A stretch of DNA of 64,000 bases, from the NCBI GenBank assembly GCA_964016885.1, contig OZ024746.1, forward strand, positions 7,006,001 to 7,070,000. Reading direction: 5' to 3'. Shown here piece by piece: positions 14,301 to 25,672 of the stretch. A program made the position numbers and the translations under genes. How positions within the stretch are numbered: the stretch's first letter is position 1; every line of letters begins with the position of its first letter. Under the pieces are notes generated by a model, which did not search any database, was not told the DNA's origin, and worked only from the letters and a program-made list of their open reading frames with translations. The stretch comes from Eledone cirrhosa. Its lineage: Eukaryota.

Positions 14301-17300
14301 AAATCTTTATATCTAACAGGTTTTGAATTGTCTTAGATTTGTAAATGAGAATAAAACCTCGCCTTGAAGGAAACACAAGAGGATTGCAGTTTATAGGTTG
14401 TTGATAAGATCTCCTGAGTGTAAGTCCTGACTAAGATTGAACCCAAGTCCAGAATCAAATATTACAGAAATTTACTTACCAGCCTAATGTAGTGTCTCCT
14501 TCTTCTAAACTGACATCATGACGAAATGGTAAGATTGTAAGGTGCCTGCCATAGATCAACATTGCAGCACATCTCCCATCTGGATCTACACGTACAATTG
14601 GAAGGTGTCGGTTTTCAACAAAGCCACACTATATGTTGGGGAAAAGATTGACAGTAGAAATTAAAAATATTTGAAGACAAGAAAAAAATACTGAATTGAA
14701 AAAACTATTTGAGAACTGTGTCTCAAAAGTTAGAGAGAAAGAAAAGAAAGGAAAGAAGCCAGTCATTGAATCAGAAGGCAGCAAATTGATAGAGTCAGTA
14801 GAATGGCAGACTCTATAGAACATCAGATAGAATGGCAGAGTGGTAGAATGTCAGATAGAATGGCAGACTCTATAGAACATCAGATAGAATGGCAGAGTCA
14901 TTAGAACGTCAGATAGAATGGTAGAGTGGTAGAACGTCAGATAGAATGATAGAGTGGCTAGAACGTTAGATAGAATGGCTGAGTTGTTAGAACGTCAGAT
15001 AGAATGGCTGAGCCGTTAGAACGTCAGATAGAATGGCTGAGCCGTTAGAACGTCAGATAGAATGGCTCAGTCGTTAGAACGTCAGATAGAATGGCTCAGT
15101 CGTTAGAACATCAGATAGAATACTTTGTGGTATTTGTTCTGATTCTCTGCTCTCTCAGTTCAAATCTCACGAAGGTCAACTTTACCTTTCATCCCTTCCA
15201 GGTTGATAAAAAAGTACCAGTCAAGTACTGGGGTCAATTTTTCCTCTATATCTTTATCTCACTTCCTTTCTCTCACTCTCTCTATCCTTTTCTGGAAGAA
15301 ATCTGCTGTAGTCAGACCTGGGTAGGATTGGGTTAAAAAATGCCCTAGAAACACTATATGTCAATATGGTTCCCTACGCTCAGGAGTTACGGGACCATAC
15401 ATACATCAGATGAAACCAAGCAAGCTAATTCCATTGCTGTTACTATCTTATGGTTGCAGCTCCTAACAGAAGTATCACTTCAGGTGACAACAGATGAGAT
15501 TTCATCATAGTTTTAACGTCCACTTTCCCTGCTAAGGTTGGACAGGTCAACATAGACCAAGTCAGAACTGAAGTAGGACTACTGATCTCCCAGACAAGTC
15601 AGAAATCTGTCGTCTCACTGTACAAAGCCAGAATAGATACCCAGAGCATCTAAAGAAAGACGATTATATCAACCCAAGTACATTACTGGTACTTTATTTT
15701 ATCGACCCCGTTAGGATGAATGGCAAAGCTCACTTTGGTGGGATTTGAACTCAGAAAGTGAAGGGACACAACTCAATACTACAAAGCATGGTCTCAATGC
15801 TCTACCGAATCTGCCAATCTACCACCCCTGGTTTCTGATTTAGGCATAAGGCCAACAATTTTGGAGGAGAGGGAGCAATTTGATTAAATCAACCCCAATA
15901 CATTACTGGTACTTAATTTTATCGACCCCTGTAAGGATAAAAGGAAAAGAACGTAAAGGGACATAACTCTATGCTACAAAGCATGGTGTCTGATGCTCTA
16001 CCAATAACAATAATATGATAATGAAATTAGAACCAAAGAGAACAGAGTTTGATATCATCATCATCGTTTAATGTCCATTTTCCACACTAACATGGGTTGT
16101 AGGCACATCCCTAACAAATTTGGAGAGGAGTGGAAATCAACCCCAGTACTTAACTGGTACTTTATTTTCTCAACCCTTGGATTGGATGAAAGGGAAAGCT
16201 AACATCGGCAGGATTTGAACTCAGATCATGAAGAATCTTAAGTAAATACCACAAGGTATTCAGTACAACACTCTAATCATCATCATCCTCATCATCACCG
16301 TTTTACATCCGTTCTTCCATGCTAGCATGGGTTAGACGGGTTGTCCTGTTGTGGGCAGTGTCTGGTCGGCTGACCAATGCCTTGTTCATACAGGAACTGA
16401 TTTTGGCTTGATTTCTACAGCTGGATGCCCTAATGGTTCTGCCAAATCTCCCAGCTGGAGCAACAGATAATATGAACACAAATATAGCTGTAAGTAGGGA
16501 GAACTCAACAGGGCATAATAAATGACAGAATAGAAGTTTCTTATTCAGATAAATTTAATTTAAAATTCATTTCTTTTTAACTTTTAACAACCTGTAATAA
16601 TTTAGTAGAAAATATCTAAAAATGGATTTGTTAATTCAAGTATCTTTAGTAGTGAACAAATCTTTGTGAACATTTACAGTAAACTAAAAACTTTAATATT
16701 TAATGTTTAATGTGTTGCAGTCACAGTGTTGTCTTGTACTTTTCAAAAACATCTTACTAATGCAGTTTAGTGTGGTACAGGATGTTAACAATTAAATAAT
16801 ACAAAAAAACAGAAACTTAAAACAAAGCCTCATTACTTTTAATTCTTGTTCTTCAAAATAGTGAAGAGATAAAGTCTTCAAATCATGCGTTCCAGGATCA
16901 TATTCCACAAGTGAGAGCTAGAAATATAAATAAGGAGTAATAATAAAGTTTAGAAAGAAATTATGTCACATTGTATAATTCACTCATCTTTAATATCGTC
17001 CCACCCAACCATTTATTAATTTTTCCAACCCTTTGCCAAGTTTTCTTATCACCAATCATTTTGTACTGGGTGTTTTTCTAATATAAATCACCAACACTAG
17101 AGAAGTTATTGTGTCATTGACACAACTAAAGGATACGCTCAACCCTTTTACAAATGGTTTCAACAGTGGAGTGCCCTTGCTCTCACCAACAGGGTGTACC
17201 AGGTGCATTTTCATGGCACTGTCACTAGTGAGGTTGTTGGTCATAGTCCCGACTGAAGAACTTTCTCTGCTGTGAGGAGTGATAGGGGAAGGATGTGTGT

Positions 17301-17316
17301 GTGTTTGTGTATGTAT

Positions 17317-17360
<44 letters not shown>

Positions 17361-20300
17361 GGTGCGGACGATATTTGTTCGCAAGAAAATAACACAGTAG
17401 TTTTATTTTTTAAGATATATTTATCAAACTTGGGTCAGTTTGTCTTCATGACTTGTTCTTTCGATCTCACTCGATAAACTCACTATTGGCTTTGATGACG
17501 GCCTCGGAACCGGCTACAGGCCTTCGTCACTGTCGCCCGACTTAGGCCCCTAAAGGCACTTGTGATCCTGGCCTTCAGATCGTCTTTCGTATTGCAGCTA
17601 GATCTGTTGGTGTCTCGTTCCACTGCGCCCCACACAAAGATGTCGAGGGGGTTGCAGTCAGGCGAGCTGGGAGGCCAGATGTCAGGTGAAGTGTGGTCGA
17701 CGAAGTTCTCTGACAGCCAGGCTTGGGTCTTTCGGCTGGGATGGCAGGGGTCTGAGTCTTGCTGCCACGTGAACGGCCTACCTGCAGCTACCTGGTCGAT
17801 CCAGGGCTTTACTACCTTGCTCAGAACGCGGATGTAGCCATCGGTGTTCAGCTTGAGGCTCTCAGGGAAGAAGTGAGGTGGCATGCCGTCACCTTGATGG
17901 CTGACGACACGTAAGACCAATGTTGTCGCTGGAAACTTTGTCTGCATGACTCTGGGCACGTCTTTGGATGAGACAGCGAGTCACCTGTTGTTCTGGGAGT
18001 TGATCTTCTGGTCTTGGCAGAAGTTTTTCTCGTCGGAGAAAAACCACAGCCTGTCTGGCTCCAGTGGGTGTTTCAACTTGTTGATCAGCTTCTTTGCATG
18101 CTTCAGTCGCTTTTCTTGCATCGCCTTTGACAGAAATTGTAGCGAATGTCTTCATGTACCACCAGCCTAATGAGCTTTTCATCCACGCCTTTCTTCCTTG
18201 CAATAGCACGCATCGACTTGCTAGGTTCATTGTTGATATCCTGAACTTCAGCGACGAACTCGGGCGTTCTGAAGGCGTCAGATCGTCGATCATGTGTTTT
18301 CCTCTCTGATGTTGCTTCGTAGTCGAATCCCGACTCTTCTGACCTTTTCCACCATTCTCCTGCTGACGCTGTGAAAGTCTGAAATTTCCTTATTTGTCCT
18401 CCCGGTGCGGATTCCAAGAAGAACTCCGTGTCTCTTCCACAAATTTGGAGGTTCAAAATTATTCATAATCAATTATTCTGAAAATAAATAATGGAAATAT
18501 AGTCAGTTTTTATGAAGACAAGAGTGACAATGGAAGTAAAAAAAATTTGCATAAAATTAGCAGTTGAAAATTGCGAACAAATATCGTCCACACCCTGTAT
18601 ATATATATATATATATATATATGGGAATGCATGGGAAGAAGAGACCCTACCCCACGTAGACACTATAGAGGGACCAGCAGTACAAGTCAGCGGCAGCGTA
18701 GTAAGTAAGGCAATCAGAGATATGAAGATAGGGAAGGCAACCGGTCCATCGGGTATAGCTGCCGAGATGCTGAAGGCATCTGGGTCTGTAGGTCACACTA
18801 TAACCACACGTATCGTTAACCAGGTAATACTAGAGGGGGCCATACCAAAAGATTGGTGCAGTAGCATCATTGTCAACTGCTACAAAGGTAAAGGCGATGC
18901 ACTAGATAGAGGAAACTATAGAGGTATAAAGTTGATGGACCAGGTCATGAAAGTAACAGAAAGAGTTATAGCACAGCTGATTAGGGACCGGGTGAATATA
19001 GACGAGATGCAATTTGGGTTTGTTCCAGGGAAAGGCACCACTGATGCGCTCTTCCTTGTGAGGCAATTACAGGAAAAGTACCTAGCTAAAAGTAAGCCAC
19101 TCTACTTGGCATTTGTCGACCTTGAGAAAGCCTTTGACAGAGTTCCACGTGCAGTAATCTGGTGGGCTCTTAGAAAACTAGGAGTAGATGAATGGCTTGT
19201 GAAAGCGGTACAAGCCATGTATAGGGGAGCAGTCAGCAAAGTTAGGATTGGCAATGAGTATAGCGAGGAATTTAGCGTACAGGTTGGGGTCCACCAGGGC
19301 TCTGTTCTTAGCCCTCTCCTGTTCATCATAGTCCTGCAGGCAATAACGGAGGAGTTTAAGACCGGATGCCCATGGGAACTCCTGTATGCTGATGACCTCG
19401 CACTCATAGCTGAATCTATGGTAGAACTAGAGAATAAATTCCAAACCTGGAAGCAGGGACTAGAGAGAAAGGGCCTCAAAGTCAACATGACAAAGACTAA
19501 GGTCCTTATAAGTAGACGAGAAAACAGAACCCAGATCCCCTCAGGGAAATGGCCTTGCTCAGTATGTAGGAAAGGTGTAGGTAGGAACTCCATTCTTTGC
19601 CCCAAATGCAAACAATGGGTACACAAGAGATGTAGCGGGATCTCAGGAAGCTTAATTAAGAATGTAGGATTCACATGCAGCAGCTGTGCTGAAACAGCAA
19701 GCAAACAGCCACAGGAAACAAGTACCACCAATCTCTGGGAGGGCCCTGTAGAAACAGTAGACAGCTTCTGCTACCTAGGTGACCGAATTAGCAACGGAGG
19801 TGGGTGCTCAGAAAGTACAATAACTAGGGTAAGAACGGGATGGAAGAAGTTTAGGGAACTACTACCACTGCTAGCTGCAAAAGGCTTCTCCCTCAGAATG
19901 AAAGGCAGACTGTATGATGCGTGTATCCGAACAGCGATGTTGCATGGTAGTGAGACCTGGGCGCTGAAGGTGGAAGACTTACGTAGATTAGAGAGAAACG
20001 AAGCCTGCATGCTCCGATGGATGTGTAACAGTAATATACGTGAACGACAAAGCATAAATGAATTGAGAGAGAGACTGAGCATAAGAGGAATCAAATGCTG
20101 CGTGCAGGAGAGGCGGTTACGCTGGTATGGACATGTGATGCGTATGAAGGATGACAGCTGCATAAAAAGGTGCAGAGCACTAGAAGTTGATGGAAACCGC
20201 GGAGTGGGGAGACCCAAGATGACTTGGGATGAGGTGATAAAAGCCGACCTTACCCAACTACGCCTCTCAAAGTCAATGACACACGACCGTGACTTCTGGC

Positions 20301-23300
20301 ATCACGCAGTAATACAGGGTACCCGACCTCCCATGGGTACATGCTGAAGCATATAAACAATATGCCCCCCCCCCCCCCCCCCCCCCCCACCGCAAGGTGG
20401 TCGTGGAGGTGCCACGGCAAAAAAGCACCCAGCCCACACTGTAAAGTGGACGTGTAGGCGCCACGAAAAAGCACCCAGCACTCACTGTAAATGAGGTTGG
20501 TGTTAGGAAGGGCATCCAGCTGTAGAAATCAAGCCAGATCAGTTCCTGTATGAGCAAGGCATGGTCAGCCGACCAGACACTGCCCACAACAGGACAACCC
20601 GTCTAACCCATGCTAGCGTGGAAGAACGGACGTAAAACGGTGATGATGATCTCATCATCATCATTTTACGTTCGCTTTTCCCTGCTTGCAAGGGTGGGAC
20701 GGGTCTTATTCAGCACACCATCTCTCCACTTGTCACGGACCTTCATGTCCACCGTGAGCTTCAGCGATCTAACACCTCCGCCCATGTTTTAGGTGGTCTA
20801 CCTCTACCACGTCTTCCTTCAACTGGCATTTCCTGGCACTTCTTCACCCATCGGTCATCCTCCATGTGCATCACATGTCCATACCACCTCAGTCTCCTCT
20901 CTCGCACACTACATTCTATCCCTCTCAGACACAGTTTCTCTCTCAACACATTCATGCTGGGTCGTTAACGCACATTGACATTGCACATCCAACGGAGCAT
21001 GCTTGCCTCATTTCTCTCCAACATTTAGTCTGTGCTGGGTGTTTTTTGTAATGAAAACTCATTTTTTATAATATGAGTATACAAATACTAATAATGGTTT
21101 CTATTTTAGGCACATTGCCAGCAATGTTGAGGGGAGAGAAAGTACCCTAGTACTTGCTAGGTATGTTATTTTATCAACCATGGTAGGATTTGAACTCAGA
21201 GCACAGAGTATCAGAATGAATATTGTAAACCATTCTGACACTCTGATGATTCTGTCAACCCAACATTCTGTAAAAAATAAATTTAAAAAATGTACAATAC
21301 TATACCTTAGCATCCATAAAACTGAGAAGTAAAGCATCTCTTTGTGCTCCAACTAATTTCACGGATTTCATTGACATCACATTGCCAAAAAGACTGAATG
21401 AGAGCATACATTCTAACTTTAACTTTTTGCGAACCTCTGAAAATATAATGGGGGACAAATTTAATGTGTTAACTAAAGGATTAATTGGAGTAAAATTACT
21501 TGATAGAGTACGTAGCTCAAAGATCAGACAGTCACTCAAGATAGAGCCACCACTTCTCTGAATTGAGGGATCAGAGCTCTGATACTTAGCTGGTCTCATT
21601 TAGGGATCATCATCATCATCATCATCACCGTTTTACGTCCGTTCTTCCACGCTAGCATGGGTTATCCTGTTGTGGGCAGTGTCTGGTCGGCTGACCATGC
21701 CTTGCTCATACAGGAACTGATTTGGCTTGATTTCTACAGCTGGATGCCCTTCCTAACACCAACCTCATTTACAGTGAGTGGTGGGTGCTTTTTTGTGGCA
21801 CCTACACGTCCACTTTACAGTGTGGGCTGGGTGCTTTTTTGCCGTGGCACTTCCACGACCACCTTGCGGTAGGGGGTGTGGGGGCATATTGTCTATATGC
21901 TTCAGTTTGTACCCATGGGAGGTCGGGTACTCTGTATTACTGCGTGGCGCCAGAGGTCACGGTCATGTGTCATTACCTTTGAGAGGTATAATTGGGTAAG
22001 GTCGGCTTTTATCACCTCATCCCAGGTCATCTTCGGTCTCCCCCACTCCGCGGTTTCCATCAACTTCTAGTGCTCTGCACCTTTTTTGTTGGAAACAGAT
22101 GCTTCTGACAGGACCAGCTGGAAGGAGTGTTTGAGGACTCTGCCTCCATAACTGTCTCAAGTGGGCGAAGAAGAGGAGAAGCGGGTTCAAAAGATTTTAA
22201 TTTTGAAAAGGATATTTTCATATCGTATCTCTTTGTTGCCAGGAATAGACAAGGGCAGGAGTTTTTCGATGTAAAAAATATATCTTTTTCAGCCTGTAAC
22301 TCTTGAGGGAGTTGTTGGGGCACTGTAATGACATACATTTCTTGGACATTTTTAAACCTGGCAGAGCCCACCTCTTCTCTAGGTCTGAATACAACAGATT
22401 TCTTCCAGAGAAAAATAAAGAGTGAGATAATGGAAGTGAGAAAGAGATATAAAGGAAGAATCAACTCCAGTATTTGACTGGTACTTTTTTTATCTACCTT
22501 CAGTGGATGAAAGACAAAGTTGATCTTGGCGGGATTTGCAGTGAGAGAGCCAAAACGAATACTGCAAAGTATTCTATCGAATGTTCTAACGACTCTGGCA
22601 ATCCACTGTTTATGATGATTATAAACAAAATTAATTAATACTATTTATTGATTATTCTAGTAATGAGAAACTGATTTGCTTCATGTAATTTGTTGAAAGA
22701 TCAATTAATTACTTACCACCAATTCGTTCAGGAAGTTTATCTCCAAAAAGAACAGTCTGAAAATATAAAAATTATAAACATTAGCATAATTTTTGACTTT
22801 ATATTTCTTCTTCTTCATTCTCTTATTCCTGAGAGGATCATGGGGGCAGAGTCCTCAAACACTCCTTCCCGCAGGTCCTGTCAGAAGCAACCATCTCCAA
22901 AGACCAGCCAAGTTCATGGATGTTATCCAACCATCTTGTTCAGGGTCTACCCCTGGATCTCCTGCCGGTTGGTTTTGCCCATAAAATATATCCACAGGTT
23001 ACAATTGTCAAGGTTTGCTCCCTGCCGAACCCTCTTTGGGGTCTCAGGATATGCAATCTTTATGCATCCATCCCATGCCTCCGAGGACAGACCACAAGCC
23101 CATTGCCAGTTTTTACGGCATGTTTGAATTAAATAATTTTGTAAAATAACACTGGCCCCCTATATCTTAAATACTAATTCCATGAGAGTATCTTGGTTGG
23201 CCTATGAACTTTACATTCAACCGTCATACGTTTTATCCCAAATCAATGATATAAATATTGTTATTTCTAACAAGAGATATCTCACAAGAGAGGAACATAT

Positions 23301-23460
23301 GATATAAAACTGTACAAACCTCTTCAGGTGTAAGACGAAACACATGTAACTGATTCACTCCAGCTATGATCAGCGATTTTTCAACATTATTGAAAAAATT
23401 ACAGTATATACAATGCTCAATCCCCGTTGGGGAGTGCGTCGGACGATACACACCGTACAT
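2219..23460 (-). CDS. CPSF1: Cleavage and polyadenylation specificity factor subunit 1 (CPSF160), 5' part; 17 coding exons, gene continues beyond the left edge
   Basis: Exons: 23320-23460, 22717-22756, 21306-21436, 16837-16917, 14480-14628, 13998-14141, 13232-13371, 12793-12903, 11771-11864, 10796-10883, 9340-9462, 8538-8586, 7859-7956, 6722-6877, 5270-5386, 3941-4081, 2219-2360. All have GT-AG boundaries with consistent phase (1945 nt). Peptides match metazoan CPSF1, e.g. [74 protein letters not shown]. Confidence 0.97.
2929..3122 (+). mobile_element. tRNA-derived SINE family 1; more than 15 copies, e.g. 2549-2760, 12468-12712, 13590-13775, 15080-15400, 15660-16010, 22315-22610, 45175-45395, 48775-49050
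   Basis: A-box TGGCAGTATTGG, B-box GAGTTCAAATCC, conserved body CTTTGCCTTTCATCCTT..GGGGTCGATAAAATAAAGTACCAG. Confidence 0.85.
3941..4081 (-). CDS. CPSF1: CPSF1 coding exon 16
   Basis: acidic linker followed by [14 protein letters not shown]; donor gtaagt. Confidence 0.92.
4325..4590. repeat. C-rich minisatellite, about 30 bp
   Basis: CCCTCCTTCTCCAGCCAATATACCCCC. Confidence 0.9.
5270..5386 (-). CDS. CPSF1: CPSF1 coding exon 15
   Basis: [39 protein letters not shown]. Confidence 0.94.
5382..6055. repeat. Minisatellite, about 39-41 bp, overlapping the CPSF1 exon 15 acceptor
   Basis: CATCTCCAGTGAAATATTTAACAGTTATAGTAAAGATTT, about 17 copies. Confidence 0.95.
6722..6877 (-). CDS. CPSF1: CPSF1 coding exon 14
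   Basis: [52 protein letters not shown]. Confidence 0.96.
6985..7230. repeat. Minisatellite, about 45 bp, derived from an RTE/SINE tail
   Basis: GTGCCACAAAAAACACCCAAGCCTCTCTGTAAAGTGCTAGTGGTG, about 5 copies. Confidence 0.9.
7859..7956 (-). CDS. CPSF1: CPSF1 coding exon 13
   Basis: [33 protein letters not shown]. Confidence 0.95.
8538..8586 (-). CDS. CPSF1: CPSF1 coding exon 12 (49 nt)
   Basis: [16 protein letters not shown], like EEPPSKKKRVD in vertebrate CPSF1; restores phase. Confidence 0.9.
8672..9315. repeat. Minisatellite, 23 bp
   Basis: CAGAACATAGCTTTACTGTCAAA, about 28 copies. Confidence 0.95.
9340..9462 (-). CDS. CPSF1: CPSF1 coding exon 11
   Basis: [41 protein letters not shown]. 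Confidence 0.95.
9674..10476. repeat. Minisatellite, about 31 bp
   Basis: CATTTAGTACAGTACTATACTACCACAACAC. Confidence 0.95.
10796..10883 (-). CDS. CPSF1: CPSF1 coding exon 10
   Basis: [29 protein letters not shown]. Confidence 0.95.
10975..11250 (-). mobile_element. Old LINE (RTE-like) 3' fragment with (GTT)n tail
   Basis: minus-strand translation gives [11 protein letters not shown]...GRRRPKK...DRTKWR. Confidence 0.6.
11250..11740. repeat. Minisatellite, 74 bp, LINE-derived
   Basis: unit includes CCATCCTTCCTCAACACATGACCAAGCCATCTC ([11 protein letters not shown] on the minus strand). Confidence 0.9.
11771..11864 (-). CDS. CPSF1: CPSF1 coding exon 9
   Basis: [31 protein letters not shown]. 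Confidence 0.95.
12793..12903 (-). CDS. CPSF1: CPSF1 coding exon 8
   Basis: [36 protein letters not shown]. Confidence 0.95.
13232..13371 (-). CDS. CPSF1: CPSF1 coding exon 7
   Basis: [47 protein letters not shown]. Confidence 0.95.
13998..14141 (-). CDS. CPSF1: CPSF1 coding exon 6
   Basis: [48 protein letters not shown]. Confidence 0.95.
14480..14628 (-). CDS. CPSF1: CPSF1 coding exon 5
   Basis: [38 protein letters not shown]...; donor gtaagt. Confidence 0.95.
14790..15120. repeat. Minisatellite, 29 bp, from a SINE head
   Basis: AGAATGGCTGAGCCGTTAGAACGTCAGAT, running into a SINE at about 15090. Confidence 0.9.
16837..16917 (-). CDS. CPSF1: CPSF1 coding exon 4
   Basis: [27 protein letters not shown]. 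Confidence 0.95.
17358..18597 (-). mobile_element. Full-length Tc1/mariner-superfamily transposon, DD37D (maT) family, frameshifted transposase
   Basis: 27-bp TIRs CAGGGTG(C/T)GGACGATATTTGTTCGCAA (26/27 match), inserted in (TA)n. Transposase pieces span 18472-17483, with WFFSDEK and QQD-37 aa-D ([12 protein letters not shown]). Confidence 0.93.
18623..20650 (+). mobile_element. 5'-truncated RTE-clade LINE (subfamily A) with uninterrupted RT ORF to 20347
   Basis: RT motifs [45 protein letters not shown]; internal PHD finger; 3' UTR ending in (TGA)n; no endonuclease domain left. Confidence 0.95.
20653..21022 (-). mobile_element. RTE LINE 3' fragment (subfamily C), tail-to-tail with the previous element
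   Basis: [29 protein letters not shown]; near-identical to 60290-60640. Confidence 0.9.
21306..21436 (-). CDS. CPSF1: CPSF1 coding exon 3
   Basis: [44 protein letters not shown]; AG/GT boundaries. Confidence 0.95.
21607..22084 (-). mobile_element. RTE LINE 3' fragment (subfamily A)
   Basis: reverse complement of about 20165-20650, with (CAT)n tail. Confidence 0.92.
22717..22756 (-). CDS. CPSF1: CPSF1 coding exon 2 (40 nt)
   Basis: ttttcag|[13 protein letters not shown]|gtaagt; supplies the phase 0 to 1 shift needed by the next exon. Confidence 0.85.
23320..23460 (-). CDS. CPSF1: CPSF1 coding exon 1
   Basis: ATG at 23460; [47 protein letters not shown]; upstream acceptor ccgcag puts the exon start at 23493; donor GAG|gtttgt. 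Confidence 0.95.
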
Positions 23461-25345
23461 TGCTACTGTATCCAACTAACTTCAGAAATATCCCTGCGGA
23501 GAGAAATACAAAATTCGTATAAATATACTTTTTTCCAAACATACCAAGAACAACTTTCTACAAAAATCAGAAAATGAAATCAATTGTAATGGAGTGATAA
23601 ACAATATTTAAAATATTAATAGGTATTTCTCCTAGGAAAGTTAGTCATATTTAAAACACAAGTCTTTATGTTATTGATCTATGTGCATACATGCATGGTG
23701 TATGTCCCTAGTTTTAGATACAAAATTATTTAAATGTGTGATATAATACCCTCTACCCTTCTAAAGTCTGTCTCAAGTCAGGAGGCTTATCAGGTCGGTG
23801 TTTCTCCTGCTTTCATGGCGTGAAGCAACTGAAAGAACAAGACTCTCCCCTGGACAGGATACTAGTCTATCACAGGGTTAAACCCCCTGCTATTGCAGCC
23901 GGTACTCCTTTTCAGTGGAGTATTCTGGGGCAACGTGAAATAAAGTGTTTTGCTCAAGAACACACAGCCCAGCCTAGGAATCAAACCCACAACATTATGA
24001 TCGTAAGTCCAACACCCTTACCACTAGGCCACGTACCTCCTATTATGATACTTGTATACCATCTATAATTATTCAGAAATTGCCAAGACACGTTTTAATC
24101 AACATTGTACAACTACTATTTGCATCAGACACCAATATTATCATTTTAATTTTTTAATATTATTTTTGTTTGCTATACATAACATTTATGTAAAAGCCGT
24201 TCCTAATAAAGAAATATATATTTTGTATTGCCCCCTATATGTATACCCTTGAGGCCAATAAAGAAAGGATTGTTATTATTATTAGCTTTGCTTTTCATCC
24301 TTATGAGGTCGACAAAATAAAGTACCAGAAATGCACTGGGGTTGATTTAATCGACTTTCCTCTCCCCCAAAATTGCTGGCCTTGAGCCTAAATCAGAAAC
24401 CATTATTATTATTATCATAAGTGAACAAAATTTACTGAAGAATGTAAACATAGAGAAATGTCTTTCTAATAATGAATAGTTCTGTTTTCAGTTAATTGAT
24501 TCAAGATTAAAACGAACGTTCATAATTATGATTTGTTCGAAACATTAAATCCAGGACCCCTCGCTGTTGGCTCAGTTGTTTACCCCTTCCTTTACATTTT
24601 CTTTAATATTGAAGCATTGAAGGAATATATCTTTCTGAAAGAATCGCGAGCAATTTATAATGTTATCTAAGCATTTGTAATGTTATTTATGTATATATTT
24701 AAAACATATCTGTTATGTTATTCTACTGTAAATTTATTTATATGCTCTGTTTATATTTCCATTCTGAAAGAATTGCAAACGATTTGTTTAAAATATATAA
24801 CTTAGAAAATAAAATCTCATATAATTTACAAAATTCAAGATTAATATTCAGAAATGAGATATCTGTATTATTAGTTTGTTTTAAATTCAAAATGATAATA
24901 AAATGTTTTATTACTAAATAAAACTTTGATAGAGTTAATTAGCTGCAAATTCGTCGACAATCAGGTTAAAAAAAACTACCGGCTTTTGTTTTAAAGAGGG
25001 TTTTTAGTTTTGTTTTAAGTTATGGGGTCATGTCTTAGTGTGTAAATGTAGTCATTATTACACGATAAATCAAAGACAGTGCCTGAATAAGAGAACGAAT
25101 AGTCGGTATTTAGAGCGAAAAATAGCGTGTCTTGTACATGTTTTTTTGTACATAGATTTTTAAGTTGGAGAACGATGAATGTTTATAAAAACCTCAAACA
25201 ATTAAAATGATAATAGGCCAGTCTTATATAAAAGATAATAATATTAATGTGAACTGAATTTGATGTACCAGAAAGTCTAAGACAGTATAGTATATATAGT
25301 ATAATGTGATTTAAAGAATATCAATAAAGAACTGAGCATTATTAC

Positions 25346-25672
25346 CTAAACATAAGAGTTGAAGCTTCCTATAATAAATACGGCGCCATTTTCAATACTA
25401 AAAAACCTTAACAGAATATTGATATAGAAATTATATATAACTTTTAATACTTATTTTACCGAATCATTTTCATATCCTAAAATCATGTATTTAATTACAA
25501 AAATCAAATATTTATAAATTGTACAATTTATCGCTGATATTTCTATAATATAAATTATATAACGAGCTTTATAGACGAGTAGCTTTATATGTTAGTTTCG
25601 TACAAACATGTGACTGCAATTATATTGTTATTAAGCATGTTTATATCTTGTGCTTGTATCTGAATTGTCTCT
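25346..25672. promoter_or_regulatory. Putative bidirectional promoter and first non-coding exons of CPSF1 (minus) and the RRM-Tudor gene (plus)
   Basis: Minus strand: YY1-type AAAATGGCG at about 25384-25392, then donor TTAG|gtaata at 25346. Plus strand: donor CT|gtaagt at 25672. The segment is TE-free and retains some CpG. Confidence 0.45.

Noticed and set aside
18512-18622. N-terminal extension of the 611-aa ORF
   Set aside because: It reads through the maT TIR and a (TA)n tract. This is a chance fusion to a 5'-truncated RTE that lacks its endonuclease, not a real gene start.
19102-20217. Antisense ORFs within RTE copies
   Set aside because: They are shadow frames of the RT coding sequence.
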